Shown here: piece after piece, positions 38,074 through 45,939 of the stretch
How positions within the stretch are numbered: the first letter of the stretch is position 1
How the letters are laid out: each line of letters begins with the position of its first letter
Origin: Salinivirgaceae bacterium
GTDB lineage: Bacteria; Bacteroidota; Bacteroidia; Bacteroidales; SZUA-534
NCBI GenBank assembly: GCA_017650325.1
Contig: JAGCFC010000133.1
Coordinates: 3,214-67,213 of the forward strand
DNA: 64,000 nucleotides
Direction: 5' to 3'
Notes under the pieces: generated by a model
What the model was told of the DNA's origin: nothing
The model's input: only the letters and a program-made list of their open reading frames with translations
The model's database searches: none
Position numbers and translations under genes: made by a program

Positions 38074-38997
38074 TCAAATATTAACGAATTTAAGTATCAT
38101 ATTTACAATAGATGTACTATCCATGCCATACTGTTGTCGCAAATAATGCTGATTGCCCACTCGTATGCTATATTCATCATTTAAACCAATCCGTAACAAT
38201 CTTGCCCTTTTAAATCGCATTTCTGCCATAACTTCTGCCACAGCACTTCCGAAACCTCCGATAATATTATGTTCCTCGACTGTAACAATAAGATCAGTTT
38301 CTCTGGACACAAATTCTATTGTTTCTTTGTCAATAGGTTTAACTGTAGGGAATGTATAAATTATTGGATTGTATCCTATTTTTTGGAGTTTATCGTATGC
38401 TGCAGTTACTTCTTCAAATATAGCACCCGTGGAAAAAATCGCAATATCTTTGCCATCATGAACTTTTATTGCTTTACCGATTTCAAAATTTTCAATTTTG
38501 TTATGTATTCTTTTTTCACCACCGCGACCTAAACGTAAATATGCTGTTCCTTTTGTTTTTGCTAAAACTTTTGTACACTCTTCTGCCTCAACCAAATCTG
38601 CAGGAGCCATAACCACAACATCTGGTAACGCTCTAAGAATGGCCAAATCTTCAGTGGCTTGATGACTCATTCCAAGAGATCCATAAACAAATCCACCTCC
38701 GACACATACTACTTTAACATTTGCTTTATGATAAGCACAATCATTTCGTATTTGTTCTAAGCATCTTAAAGTTGGAAAATTTCCAATACTATAAGTAAAC
38801 ACAGTTTTCCCTTCCATTGCCATTCCTGCAGCAACAGAAGTCATATTCTGTTCCGCGATTCCGGCATTGGTAAATTGATTAGGACATTGTTCCCAATATG
38901 GTTTTAATACACCAAAACCAAGGTCACCAGTAACCAATTCTATATTTTTATTCTCTTTGGCTAAACCAATTAGCGTTTTTACAAATGTATCTCTCAT
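38074..38997 (-). CDS. Transketolase-family protein, C-terminal (pyrimidine-binding) subunit
   Basis: 307 aa. It has ...TGDLGFGV..., FTNAGIAEQNMTSVAAGMA, and a C-terminal transketolase_C-like region. Confidence 0.85.
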   Translation of the reverse strand: MRDTFVKTLIGLAKENKNIELVTGDLGFGVLKPYWEQCPNQFTNAGIAEQNMTSVAAGMAMEGKTVFTYSIGNFPTLRCLEQIRNDCAYHKANVKVVCVGGGFVYGSLGMSHQATEDLAILRALPDVVVMAPADLVEAEECTKVLAKTKGTAYLRLGRGGEKRIHNKIENFEIGKAIKVHDGKDIAIFSTGAIFEEVTAAYDKLQKIGYNPIIYTFPTVKPIDKETIEFVSRETDLIVTVEEHNIIGGFGSAVAEVMAEMRFKRARLLRIGLNDEYSIRVGNQHYLRQQYGMDSTSIVNMILKFVNI

Positions 38998-40010
38998 AGT
39001 GAGGTATTATGAACAAATTCTCTACTACCCGGCTTGGCCTCTACTCTCCGCATTTTTTCCGGGTAAGTAGTATTCCATGTTTTCGAAAATGTATGGTCGT
39101 TTCCTATATCATCTGTTTTTGTTGGCATTTTTGGATTTGGAATACCATTGGGCGTATAAGGATCAACTATACCTCTTGGCATAGATTGGTGCAATTCATT
39201 TACTGAACAATCGTACTCCCAACCATCATGCGGGAATCGATAATGCCATAGAATATCATTTTCCATAAATGATATTCCATACCCTTTAATAGTATCCGCT
39301 ATTATAACAGTCGGCTTATGGGGAACTATATTACCGTATTCTTTAGATTTATTAAACGCTTCTTTTAATTCTTTGTGATCATGGCCATTAATTTCAATGA
39401 CATTCCATCCGAATGCATTCCATTTGTTTGCAAAATCCTCTAATTCAAAAGTATTTTCATTGAAATCAAGACTTTGCATCCGGTTATGATCTACTATTGC
39501 AATTAAATTATTCAATCGAAAGTGATTGGCGAACAAAGCGGCCTCCCAAACTGCCCCCTCGTTGCATTCTCCATCACCTAAAACAACAAATACACGATGA
39601 TCTGTCAATCCATCTTTTTTTGCTGCATATGCCATACCACAAGCAGCAGACAAACCATGACCTAAAGAACCTGTTGAAAAATCAACTCCAGGCAAATGAT
39701 GTGACACATGACCAGAAAGACGACTCCCATTAGCATAGTGAGTTTTTAACTCCTCAACGGGGAAAAAACCAGACTCTGCAAGTGCTGCATAAATACTAGC
39801 ACCAGCATGTCCCTTTGATAAAATAAACCTATCCCTTCCATTCCATTTTGGATTATCGGATTTATAATTCAAAACATTGCTATAAAGCATAGCAATAATA
39901 TCTGCAACTGACATTATTGCTCCGATATGGCTGCCTCCTGACAAATGTGTCATTTCAACTCCATGTCGCCTAATGAGCCATGCCAACTGTTCACTTGTTA
40001 GTTTCTTCAT
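38994..40010 (-). CDS. Transketolase-family protein, N-terminal (ThDP-binding) subunit with a C-terminal extension
   Basis: 338 aa. It has SGGSHIG, SKGHAG, GSLGHGLS and the ThDP motif GDGECNEGAVWEA. About 75 aa follow the canonical ...WHYRFP end. It overlaps the partner gene by 4 nt. Confidence 0.85.
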   Translation of the reverse strand: MKKLTSEQLAWLIRRHGVEMTHLSGGSHIGAIMSVADIIAMLYSNVLNYKSDNPKWNGRDRFILSKGHAGASIYAALAESGFFPVEELKTHYANGSRLSGHVSHHLPGVDFSTGSLGHGLSAACGMAYAAKKDGLTDHRVFVVLGDGECNEGAVWEAALFANHFRLNNLIAIVDHNRMQSLDFNENTFELEDFANKWNAFGWNVIEINGHDHKELKEAFNKSKEYGNIVPHKPTVIIADTIKGYGISFMENDILWHYRFPHDGWEYDCSVNELHQSMPRGIVDPYTPNGIPNPKMPTKTDDIGNDHTFSKTWNTTYPEKMRRVEAKPGSREFVHNTSL

Positions 40011-40011
40011 G

Positions 40012-40953
40012 CTATAGTTTATCTTTTGATACGTTATCCAACAACTCTAATTCTTCGACAGTAAGATTCCAATCTGTACCTTCTATGTTTTCGGAGATTT
40101 GGGCTGGTCTTTTGGCTCCAACAAGGACAACAGAATCTCCTAATTTGTCAAGAATAAAACGTATGGCAACCGCAGGAATGGGTTTATTGTGCTCTATCGC
40201 AATTTTTTTCATTACATCAACAATTTCCAAATTCTTCACCAGTTTATCTCCATGGAAATTGACGTATATATCTCTACTTCGTCTATCATCGGAACCAAAT
40301 ACTATCGTTTTATCGTATTTCCCTGTAAGAACACCTTGTCCCAAACTACCCCAAGTTAATGGGCTGATAGAATAATTTTTACTTAACTTATATAGATCGC
40401 TCTCATTTTTCCTACAAGCCAAACTATACTCATCTTGCACACTTACAATCTTACCTACAAATGGTTTTATTTCTTCAAATTCAGTTTCATGAATATTAGA
40501 AAGACCATAATAACGAATTTTGCCTGATTCTTTTATTCTTTCAAGAGTTTCAATAACAATATCAAGAGGTGTAGCATCTCTGTAATGAACTTGATAAAGA
40601 TCAATATAATCTGTTTTTAAACGTTTTAAAGATCTATCGAGCGCCACTTTTATATATTCGGGGCTATTATCATAAAATGTCTTTCCATTTTCAACACGAA
40701 CACCAAATTTATCTGCAATTACCACACTGTTTCTCTTAGTACCCAATGCTTTACTAAGTGTAATCTCGCTTTGTCCCAATCCATATGTATCTGCCGTATC
40801 AAAGATAGTAATACCATTATCAATAGCCGATTGCACTGCATGAATCAGTTCGTTCTCTTGCACATTTCCCCAACCATAACCTCCCATAGGGCAACCGCCC
40901 ATACACAATCTAGATACTTTAAGAATAGAGTTTTTTAGTGTTATATATTCCAT
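40012..40953 (-). CDS. Aldo/keto reductase
   Basis: 313 aa. It has FDTADTYG, ...KFG..., YIDLYQVH and ...YYGLSN..., the classic AKR signatures. Confidence 0.85.
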   Translation of the reverse strand: MEYITLKNSILKVSRLCMGGCPMGGYGWGNVQENELIHAVQSAIDNGITIFDTADTYGLGQSEITLSKALGTKRNSVVIADKFGVRVENGKTFYDNSPEYIKVALDRSLKRLKTDYIDLYQVHYRDATPLDIVIETLERIKESGKIRYYGLSNIHETEFEEIKPFVGKIVSVQDEYSLACRKNESDLYKLSKNYSISPLTWGSLGQGVLTGKYDKTIVFGSDDRRSRDIYVNFHGDKLVKNLEIVDVMKKIAIEHNKPIPAVAIRFILDKLGDSVVLVGAKRPAQISENIEGTDWNLTVEELELLDNVSKDKL

Positions 40954-40967
40954 TGTCCTACCAATTA

Positions 40968-41636
40968 TTATCTATGTTCTTTCTTAAATAAATACCCGTA
41001 TGTTTTTTGTAAAACTTTCAATATAGTTTTAAAGAAAATTCCACAATCCGTGGCAAGACTAACAGTTTTTGCATATTTTATTCTTAATGCATTTTTTTGG
41101 GGAAGAACATATTGTTCATACTTTTCATCGGCATTTTCTGAACCAACAATTTCATCTAAATTAATAAATTCTATTGAACTAAAATCTGTTATACCAGGAC
41201 GAACTGTTAATATTATTTTTTCTTCACCTTTATATTGTGAAGTATATTTGAGTAACTCTGGTCGAGGGCCTATAAAACTCATATTTCCACAAAGTATATT
41301 GATCAGATTAGCAGTTTCATCAAGTTTTGTTTTCCTCAGTATGCGTCCCACTTTAGTAATTCTTGGATCATGCATTGCTGTAGTTCCCCCTCCTATTTGA
41401 TCTGCATTTTTTACCATTGTTCGGAATTTAAAGATCTTGAATGGTATGTCATTAAATCCGCCTCGCTGTGGTCTATAAAAAACAGGACGCCCATCTTCTA
41501 TAAGTATCGTTAATGAAATAAATAAGAACAAAGGTATTAAGCAAATCATTAAGAAAAACGCAGTTATAAAATCTATAACTCTTTTTATAAAACGATTGTA
41601 AATACCATTAGTTTGTATATCAATATTATCACTCAT
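40968..41636 (-). CDS. Small monotopic phosphoglycosyl transferase (PglC/WcfS-like initiating sugar transferase)
   Basis: 222 aa. It has one N-terminal re-entrant helix, FKFRTM, KLDETANL and IGPRPE. Confidence 0.85.
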   Translation of the reverse strand: MSDNIDIQTNGIYNRFIKRVIDFITAFFLMICLIPLFLFISLTILIEDGRPVFYRPQRGGFNDIPFKIFKFRTMVKNADQIGGGTTAMHDPRITKVGRILRKTKLDETANLINILCGNMSFIGPRPELLKYTSQYKGEEKIILTVRPGITDFSSIEFINLDEIVGSENADEKYEQYVLPQKNALRIKYAKTVSLATDCGIFFKTILKVLQKTYGYLFKKEHR

Positions 41637-41654
41637 ACTTCTATCTAACCCAAT

Positions 41655-42398
41655 TTATGGTTCTACAACTAATCTAAAACCTATACTTGACGCTTTTTTA
41701 TTTAAAGGATACGCTCTTCGCGCTGAAAGATGCAGACACCACGCCGTAGTTGTATCATTGGTAATTGCACCACCCCTAAAAGGATACATAAGTTTGTCTA
41801 TGTCTGCAGATAAATCTTGACATATTTCAAAAACATTACCCGTCATATCGTACAATCCTAGTTCATTAGGATTCTTTGTAGTCACAGCATGCGTTCTATC
41901 TCCTGCATTGTTTTTAAACCAAGCTACCTCATCAATATCATCACTTCCTGAATACTTTTTATCAGTTGATTTCTTTCCTCCCCGGGCTGCGTACTCCCAT
42001 TCCGCTTCAAATGGTAAACGAAATTGTTGACCTGTTATTTCATTAAGTTTCTTAATAAACGCATGCACATCATACCATGAAACATTTTCTACAGGGTAAT
42101 TGCCATCTCTATTTTTAAAGTACGATGGATTGCTACCCATAACGGCGAACCATAATTCTTGAGTTACCTCGGTTTCTCCAATAAGAAAATCATCAACTAT
42201 AACTTTGTGAACAGGCCGTTCGTTTTCGCAGGCCTCGTCTCCTTGTCCTGGTGTGGCACCCATCATAAACGAGCCGCCCTCAACAGCTATCATTTTAAAT
42301 TTTATACCATTAACTTCGAATTCACGGTCTGAAATTGTACTACACGAATCAAGCATAACACACATTATCACAACAACAAATGCCTTTAATGTTTTCAT
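41655..42398 (-). CDS. FGE-sulfatase/SUMF1-fold lipoprotein, probably not a true formylglycine-generating enzyme
   Basis: 247 aa with lipobox ...MLDSCS. It has WYDVHAFIKKLNE, GNVFEICQD and IGFRLV. Only one Cys sits in the region where FGE carries its catalytic Cys pair. Confidence 0.7.
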   Translation of the reverse strand: MKTLKAFVVVIMCVMLDSCSTISDREFEVNGIKFKMIAVEGGSFMMGATPGQGDEACENERPVHKVIVDDFLIGETEVTQELWFAVMGSNPSYFKNRDGNYPVENVSWYDVHAFIKKLNEITGQQFRLPFEAEWEYAARGGKKSTDKKYSGSDDIDEVAWFKNNAGDRTHAVTTKNPNELGLYDMTGNVFEICQDLSADIDKLMYPFRGGAITNDTTTAWCLHLSARRAYPLNKKASSIGFRLVVEP

Positions 42399-42437
42399 TC
42401 TCTATAGTTAGCCAATAAATAATATACTAATAACGAC

Positions 42438-43019
42438 CTAAATAAGCATTTGATACTCCGACACATTATTCAAACTACCCGACAAACAATATCCTACATC
42501 CGTTTTTGATAAAACTCCAGTTTTCTCAAGATTTATGGTGGTTGTTAGAATGTCTTTGTTACTGAAAAAATCTTGCGGGTAACCCACTTCCCTAATAATA
42601 TATTCGATGTCCTTAATGGCAGAATAATTGCAAATGCTGAGTATGCCTACTATTGCCGAAGCTATTATCAACGATTTGTTATCAAATATGGAGTTAACAA
42701 ACGTGGCGCTTTGCAATAAATATGGGATACTACGCCTATATGATTCTTTAATACACGAATCGACAGTTTTAAGCATATGCTCCAAAGTTTGCTTCGTGTC
42801 GGCGTCGTACTGGCTTTGTAGATTTTTAATTTCAATTGAAAGAGCATCTATCTCATCGAAATACGCCAAACGAGGATCTTCGATATCAAAACAATTTCTC
42901 TTCCCAAAAATGTTTAGCATCAATGCCGATTTATGCAGCCGAAGTCTGTCGAAAGGTGAAAGTTCGGTCTTCAACCTCATCAGAATCAGCATACATAATA
43001 TTGCTTTTGAATCGCTCAC
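42438..43019 (-). CDS. Hypothetical protein, helical; no family recognised
   Basis: 193 aa. It is co-directional with the operon, with 22-nt and 39-nt gaps to its neighbours. Confidence 0.5.
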   Translation of the reverse strand: MSDSKAILCMLILMRLKTELSPFDRLRLHKSALMLNIFGKRNCFDIEDPRLAYFDEIDALSIEIKNLQSQYDADTKQTLEHMLKTVDSCIKESYRRSIPYLLQSATFVNSIFDNKSLIIASAIVGILSICNYSAIKDIEYIIREVGYPQDFFSNKDILTTTINLEKTGVLSKTDVGYCLSGSLNNVSEYQMLI

Positions 43020-43041
43020 TTGTTAATACTGAAAGCGTATA

Positions 43042-44295
43042 TTACTCAAAACACCTTCGAACAATTTCAATTACAACATTTTGTTCCGCAATAGTCATTT
43101 TGTTGTCACTGGGTAGACATAGACCGCGAGCGAAGACATCAGCACCAATATCATTGCTTACCCCATTGACATAGTCAGGAACAAATGGACACATGTTGTA
43201 AAGCGGTTGCAAGTGCATCGGTTTCCAAATAGGACGCCCCTCGACATTGTATTTTGCAAGAGTCTCAAGTATTTCGGTTGGACAACTTTTCCCCTTTACC
43301 GGTGTATATGTTGCTTCCGTGTCTGTTCTTTTTTGAGGACACATGGCATCTGTGTCAATAAGCAGACACGAAAGCCAATAATTTGGTTGACTGTTTTTGA
43401 CATCGTACGGATTCAGCGCAATCGGCAATCCTTTCAAGCCCTCTTTATATCGCTCATATATTGCTTTTTTTTGAGCAATATGCTCATCAAGATGCCCCAT
43501 CTGACCGCGTATCACTCCTGCAATAATATTCGACATACGATAGTTATAACCCATATCTTCATGTTGATACCATGGCGCTGCCTCACGCGACTGAGTTGAC
43601 CATTTGCGGACTTTGTCGGCGTCTTCCTTGCTGTCAGTAAGGAACATACCTCCCGACGAGCCTGTGATTATCTTATTACCATTGAAACTGATTGCTCCAA
43701 AATCACCAAATGAGCCTGTTTCCCTACCTTTATATTTTGCACCCAATGACTCTGCTGCATCTTCAACAATAAGCGCACCATGACGATCGCAAACAGCGCG
43801 GATTTCATCAATTTTGGCAGGAATACCATAAAGATGCGCAATCACCACCAACTTAACCTCGGGATATAACTCAAAGGCCCGCTCAAGTGCGGCAGGGCTG
43901 ATATTCCATGTATCATACTCCGTATCGATAAAGACCGTCTCCCCACCTTCATATGCCACAGAATTGACCGTTGCATTAAAAGTCATATCGGAACAAAACA
44001 CCTTGTGACCTTGAAGAGTTCCGCAATTTGGTTTTGCCTGTCCATATAGTTTTTCTCCGGCAAGTTTGGTCGCCAAGTGAAGCGCTGCAGTTCCACACGA
44101 AAGCGCGACTGCATATTTAACCCCAATACGCTCTGCCACTATTCGTTCCACCTCGTTGATGTTCTCACCGGCTGTAGTTATCCAATTCTTATCAAAAGCA
44201 TCGTTTACCCACTTTTGCTCGTCACCATGCATTGTAGGCGACGACAGCCAAACCTTCTTTTCAAACGGCTTTATGTCGTTCCGATTTTGAAACAT
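43042..44295 (-). CDS. DegT/DnrJ/EryC1/StrS-family PLP-dependent sugar aminotransferase (WcfR/PglE-like)
   Basis: 417 aa. It has ...AVALSCGTAALHLA..., DAAESLGA, and SFNGNKIITGSSGGM with the PLP lysine. Confidence 0.9.
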   Translation of the reverse strand: MFQNRNDIKPFEKKVWLSSPTMHGDEQKWVNDAFDKNWITTAGENINEVERIVAERIGVKYAVALSCGTAALHLATKLAGEKLYGQAKPNCGTLQGHKVFCSDMTFNATVNSVAYEGGETVFIDTEYDTWNISPAALERAFELYPEVKLVVIAHLYGIPAKIDEIRAVCDRHGALIVEDAAESLGAKYKGRETGSFGDFGAISFNGNKIITGSSGGMFLTDSKEDADKVRKWSTQSREAAPWYQHEDMGYNYRMSNIIAGVIRGQMGHLDEHIAQKKAIYERYKEGLKGLPIALNPYDVKNSQPNYWLSCLLIDTDAMCPQKRTDTEATYTPVKGKSCPTEILETLAKYNVEGRPIWKPMHLQPLYNMCPFVPDYVNGVSNDIGADVFARGLCLPSDNKMTIAEQNVVIEIVRRCFE

Positions 44296-44361
44296 TTCTA
44301 TTCTGTTTTTAGGCTCTAGGCTTCAGGCACTAGGCATTATGTTATTCAATTAATCAATTAT

Positions 44362-44865
44362 TCAGTTAATCAATCCTTCCAACTGTCCGCCTGGCAAATC
44401 AACTGCTATGTTAGCCAAACCATCAAGAACAATAACAAAGCGTTTTTTACCGTTTATGCGGCTCACAACGCCCTGTAATCCATCAAATTGTCCGTCGTGA
44501 ATTGTTACTTTGTCACCCACAGCAAAATCGACACTCTCAAGTTTGACATCAGACGCACTGCACACTGCCATGAAATCGTTCATCTGCTTATCGCTCACAA
44601 CCATACTTGAATTTGAATTGCGATCGACAAGATAATGCACATCGTATTTCATAACATTAACTATGGTAAAACGGTTTTCTGCTTCAACATGAACAAAAAC
44701 CATCGATGGCAGCACAAGTACTTCTATCTTTTTCTTGCGCCCGTGGCCGTAGTAGTGGTATTCAGTTATGGTGGGCAGGAAGTACTCCACTCCCATCGTC
44801 TGTAGCACGGTTCTAACAGCTTTCTCCTGACGCGGCTTTGTCTTGAGCACATACCAATTTGCCAT
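44362..44865 (-). CDS. upxY: UpxY-family (NusG-like) capsule-locus transcription antiterminator
   Basis: The start is taken at MANWYVLKTKPRQEKAV..., an NGN domain. The C-terminal KOW reads GDKVTIHDGQFDGLQGVV. The ORF-track start at 44913 is rejected as an upstream extension. Confidence 0.85.
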   Translation of the reverse strand: MANWYVLKTKPRQEKAVRTVLQTMGVEYFLPTITEYHYYGHGRKKKIEVLVLPSMVFVHVEAENRFTIVNVMKYDVHYLVDRNSNSSMVVSDKQMNDFMAVCSASDVKLESVDFAVGDKVTIHDGQFDGLQGVVSRINGKKRFVIVLDGLANIAVDLPGGQLEGLIN

Positions 44866-45043
44866 ATATACACAGCTTCGCCACTGTCGGGTGTGGCATA
44901 ATTTTACGACCATACTGACTTTAGTTTGACAAAACCTTTGCTAATCAGCGCAATAGGCTCGACAAAATGCCAATATGCCATTTTAATTTTATACAACGCA
45001 ATAATAACACTATATCGCGTAAATTGGAATTGATACGTGCACA

Positions 45044-45072
45044 AAAAAAGCGGCCTTTTTGAAGCCGCTTTT
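45044..45072 (-). terminator. Rho-independent terminator of the SusC/SusD/lipoprotein operon
   Basis: The minus strand reads AAAGCGGC-ttcaaaaag-GCCGCTTT followed by TTTTGT. This separates the PUL-like operon from the UpxY promoter region. Confidence 0.7.
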
Positions 45073-45091
45073 CTCTATTGATTTTGTTCTT

Positions 45092-45910
45092 TTATTCAGC
45101 AGGTGTGAAATCGAAAGAGTAGTTTCCGAAATCGCCAGCATCACAATAAATATTGAATAACACTGTAAATGAACCTGTACATGAATTATAGTTTCCGCTG
45201 ACGATTTTATACGTATATGAGCCATAACCTTCTGTGCCCCAATCTGCATCCAAATCCTCCGACAACACAAAAACGTTGCGGTTTGAAATCTCATACGAAT
45301 CGGGATCGATTTCGAAGAAAACTTCATCTTTACCTGAAACGCCATCCAAATCGTTCAAACCTTCGACATAGATTTTGTATGGATTTGCGGGATCCGCAGC
45401 AAGCACTACACTGCCTTTGGCTTCCCAATCCTCACTTACAACATCATAATCACCCTGTGTCAAATCCGAATCGAAAGCGCAAACAATTTTAATGTTTGCC
45501 GCGGCAATACTACGTGTGGTTTTTCCACCTTTGGTTGTAAGCACGTACATTGTGAAAACATCACCTGCCAAGACGCTGTCTTTGTTCAGCCCCATTTGGT
45601 CGATAATATCTTTTGCCTTGAGTGTCACGTTTGCTGGAAGGCTAGAAATCTCCTCCATAATTGTAGCATTTTCGCCGTTATAAGTTACTTCAATGCTGGC
45701 TTTGTCGACATTATCACCTTCGTCAAGCGACACGGTAAACTCAACGGCTGTTGTCTCCAGCTCGGTTGTGAAAACTGGCGCAGAAGTGAACTCAAACAGA
45801 GGAACCACGTTCTCACCACGTTGTTTGACCGGATTCTCGTTAGTATTCTCGCATGAAGCGAATACCATGCCACATGCAAGAGTCCATATTGCTATTTTCA
45901 AATTTTTCAT
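45092..45910 (-). CDS. Surface lipoprotein in the SusE/F position; function unknown
   Basis: 272 aa with lipobox MVFASC. It lies immediately downstream of the SusD-like gene. Confidence 0.65.
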   Translation of the reverse strand: MKNLKIAIWTLACGMVFASCENTNENPVKQRGENVVPLFEFTSAPVFTTELETTAVEFTVSLDEGDNVDKASIEVTYNGENATIMEEISSLPANVTLKAKDIIDQMGLNKDSVLAGDVFTMYVLTTKGGKTTRSIAAANIKIVCAFDSDLTQGDYDVVSEDWEAKGSVVLAADPANPYKIYVEGLNDLDGVSGKDEVFFEIDPDSYEISNRNVFVLSEDLDADWGTEGYGSYTYKIVSGNYNSCTGSFTVLFNIYCDAGDFGNYSFDFTPAE

Positions 45911-45939
45911 GATTCAAACATTAATCGGTTAAACAATAA

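Noticed and set aside
42438-43019. Calling the 193-aa protein UpxZ.
   Set aside because: It is not adjacent to upxY, and I cannot recognise any UpxZ sequence features from memory. The assignment would be pure guesswork.
44296-44361. Reiterated short motifs (TAGGC x3 and TCAATTA/TCAGTTAATCAAT) between upxY and the aminotransferase, with a similar ATTGATTA-rich spacer at 12137-12175.
   Set aside because: These are short, stop-codon-rich, AT-biased spacers. The similarity is too short and degenerate to call a repeat family or a regulatory element without a genome-wide search.
44866-45043. A possible invertible (phase-variable) promoter upstream of upxY, as in B. fragilis capsule loci.
   Set aside because: I found no pair of inverted repeats flanking this ~180-bp region and no nearby serine or tyrosine recombinase gene. 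I also found no clean TAnnTTTG box on the minus strand, so the promoter remains unmapped rather than invertible.
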